Assembly: GCA_036785375.1 (NCBI GenBank)
Contig: JAWMAR010000069.1
Span: 4,712,001-4,776,000, forward strand
Direction: 5' to 3'
From: Leucoraja ocellata
Lineage: Eukaryota
Length of the DNA stretch: 64,000 bases
Positions 63,765 through 64,000 of the stretch are shown piece by piece. The translations under genes and the position numbers were made by a program. Below the pieces are notes generated by a model, which did no database searches, was not told where the DNA came from, and saw only the letters and a list, made by a program, of their open reading frames with translations. Each line of letters opens with the position of its first letter. Within the stretch, counting starts at the first letter, position 1.

Positions 63765-64000
63765 AACCACGGTGGCGCAGCGGTAGAGCTACTGCCTTAC
63801 AGCGCTTGCAGCGCCGGAGACCCAGGTTCGATCCCGACTACGGGTGCTGTCTGTATGGAGTTTGTACGTTCTCTCCATGATGGATTTCTCCGAGATCTTC
63901 GGTTTCCTCCCACAATCCAAAGACGTACAGGTATGCAGGTTAATTGGCTTGGTGTAGATGTAAATTGTCCCTAGTGTGTGCAGAATAGTGCTAATTTGCG
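63765..64000 (+). mobile_element. V-SINE, runs off the window end
   Basis: Match to the SINE consensus. Confidence 0.88.

Overview
This is eukaryotic, repeat-rich non-coding DNA. The repeat repertoire points to a cartilaginous fish, most likely a skate or ray: HE1-like V-SINEs, HER1/CR1 tails, Rex1/Babar, a DeuSINE remnant, Penelope and DIRS. I find no convincing host protein-coding exon, and nearly all short ORFs are translations of repeats. The window holds about 40 tRNA-derived V-SINE copies, many CR1 and Rex1 3' fragments, about 27 short Penelope-derived repeats, six Harbinger-type MITE ends sharing one TIR, one non-autonomous Helitron, L2-tailed non-autonomous retroposons and a DIRS1-type fragment. 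The Penelope-derived repeats carry a minimal hammerhead-ribozyme motif and are often palindromic with 12-17 bp TSDs. The DIRS fragment has an open 338-codon gag-like ORF bracketed by a perfect 64-bp direct repeat. TE-free stretches may be enhancers or conserved non-coding elements within a large intron or gene desert. Family names come from recalled motifs, not database searches. Boundaries of degenerate copies are approximate.
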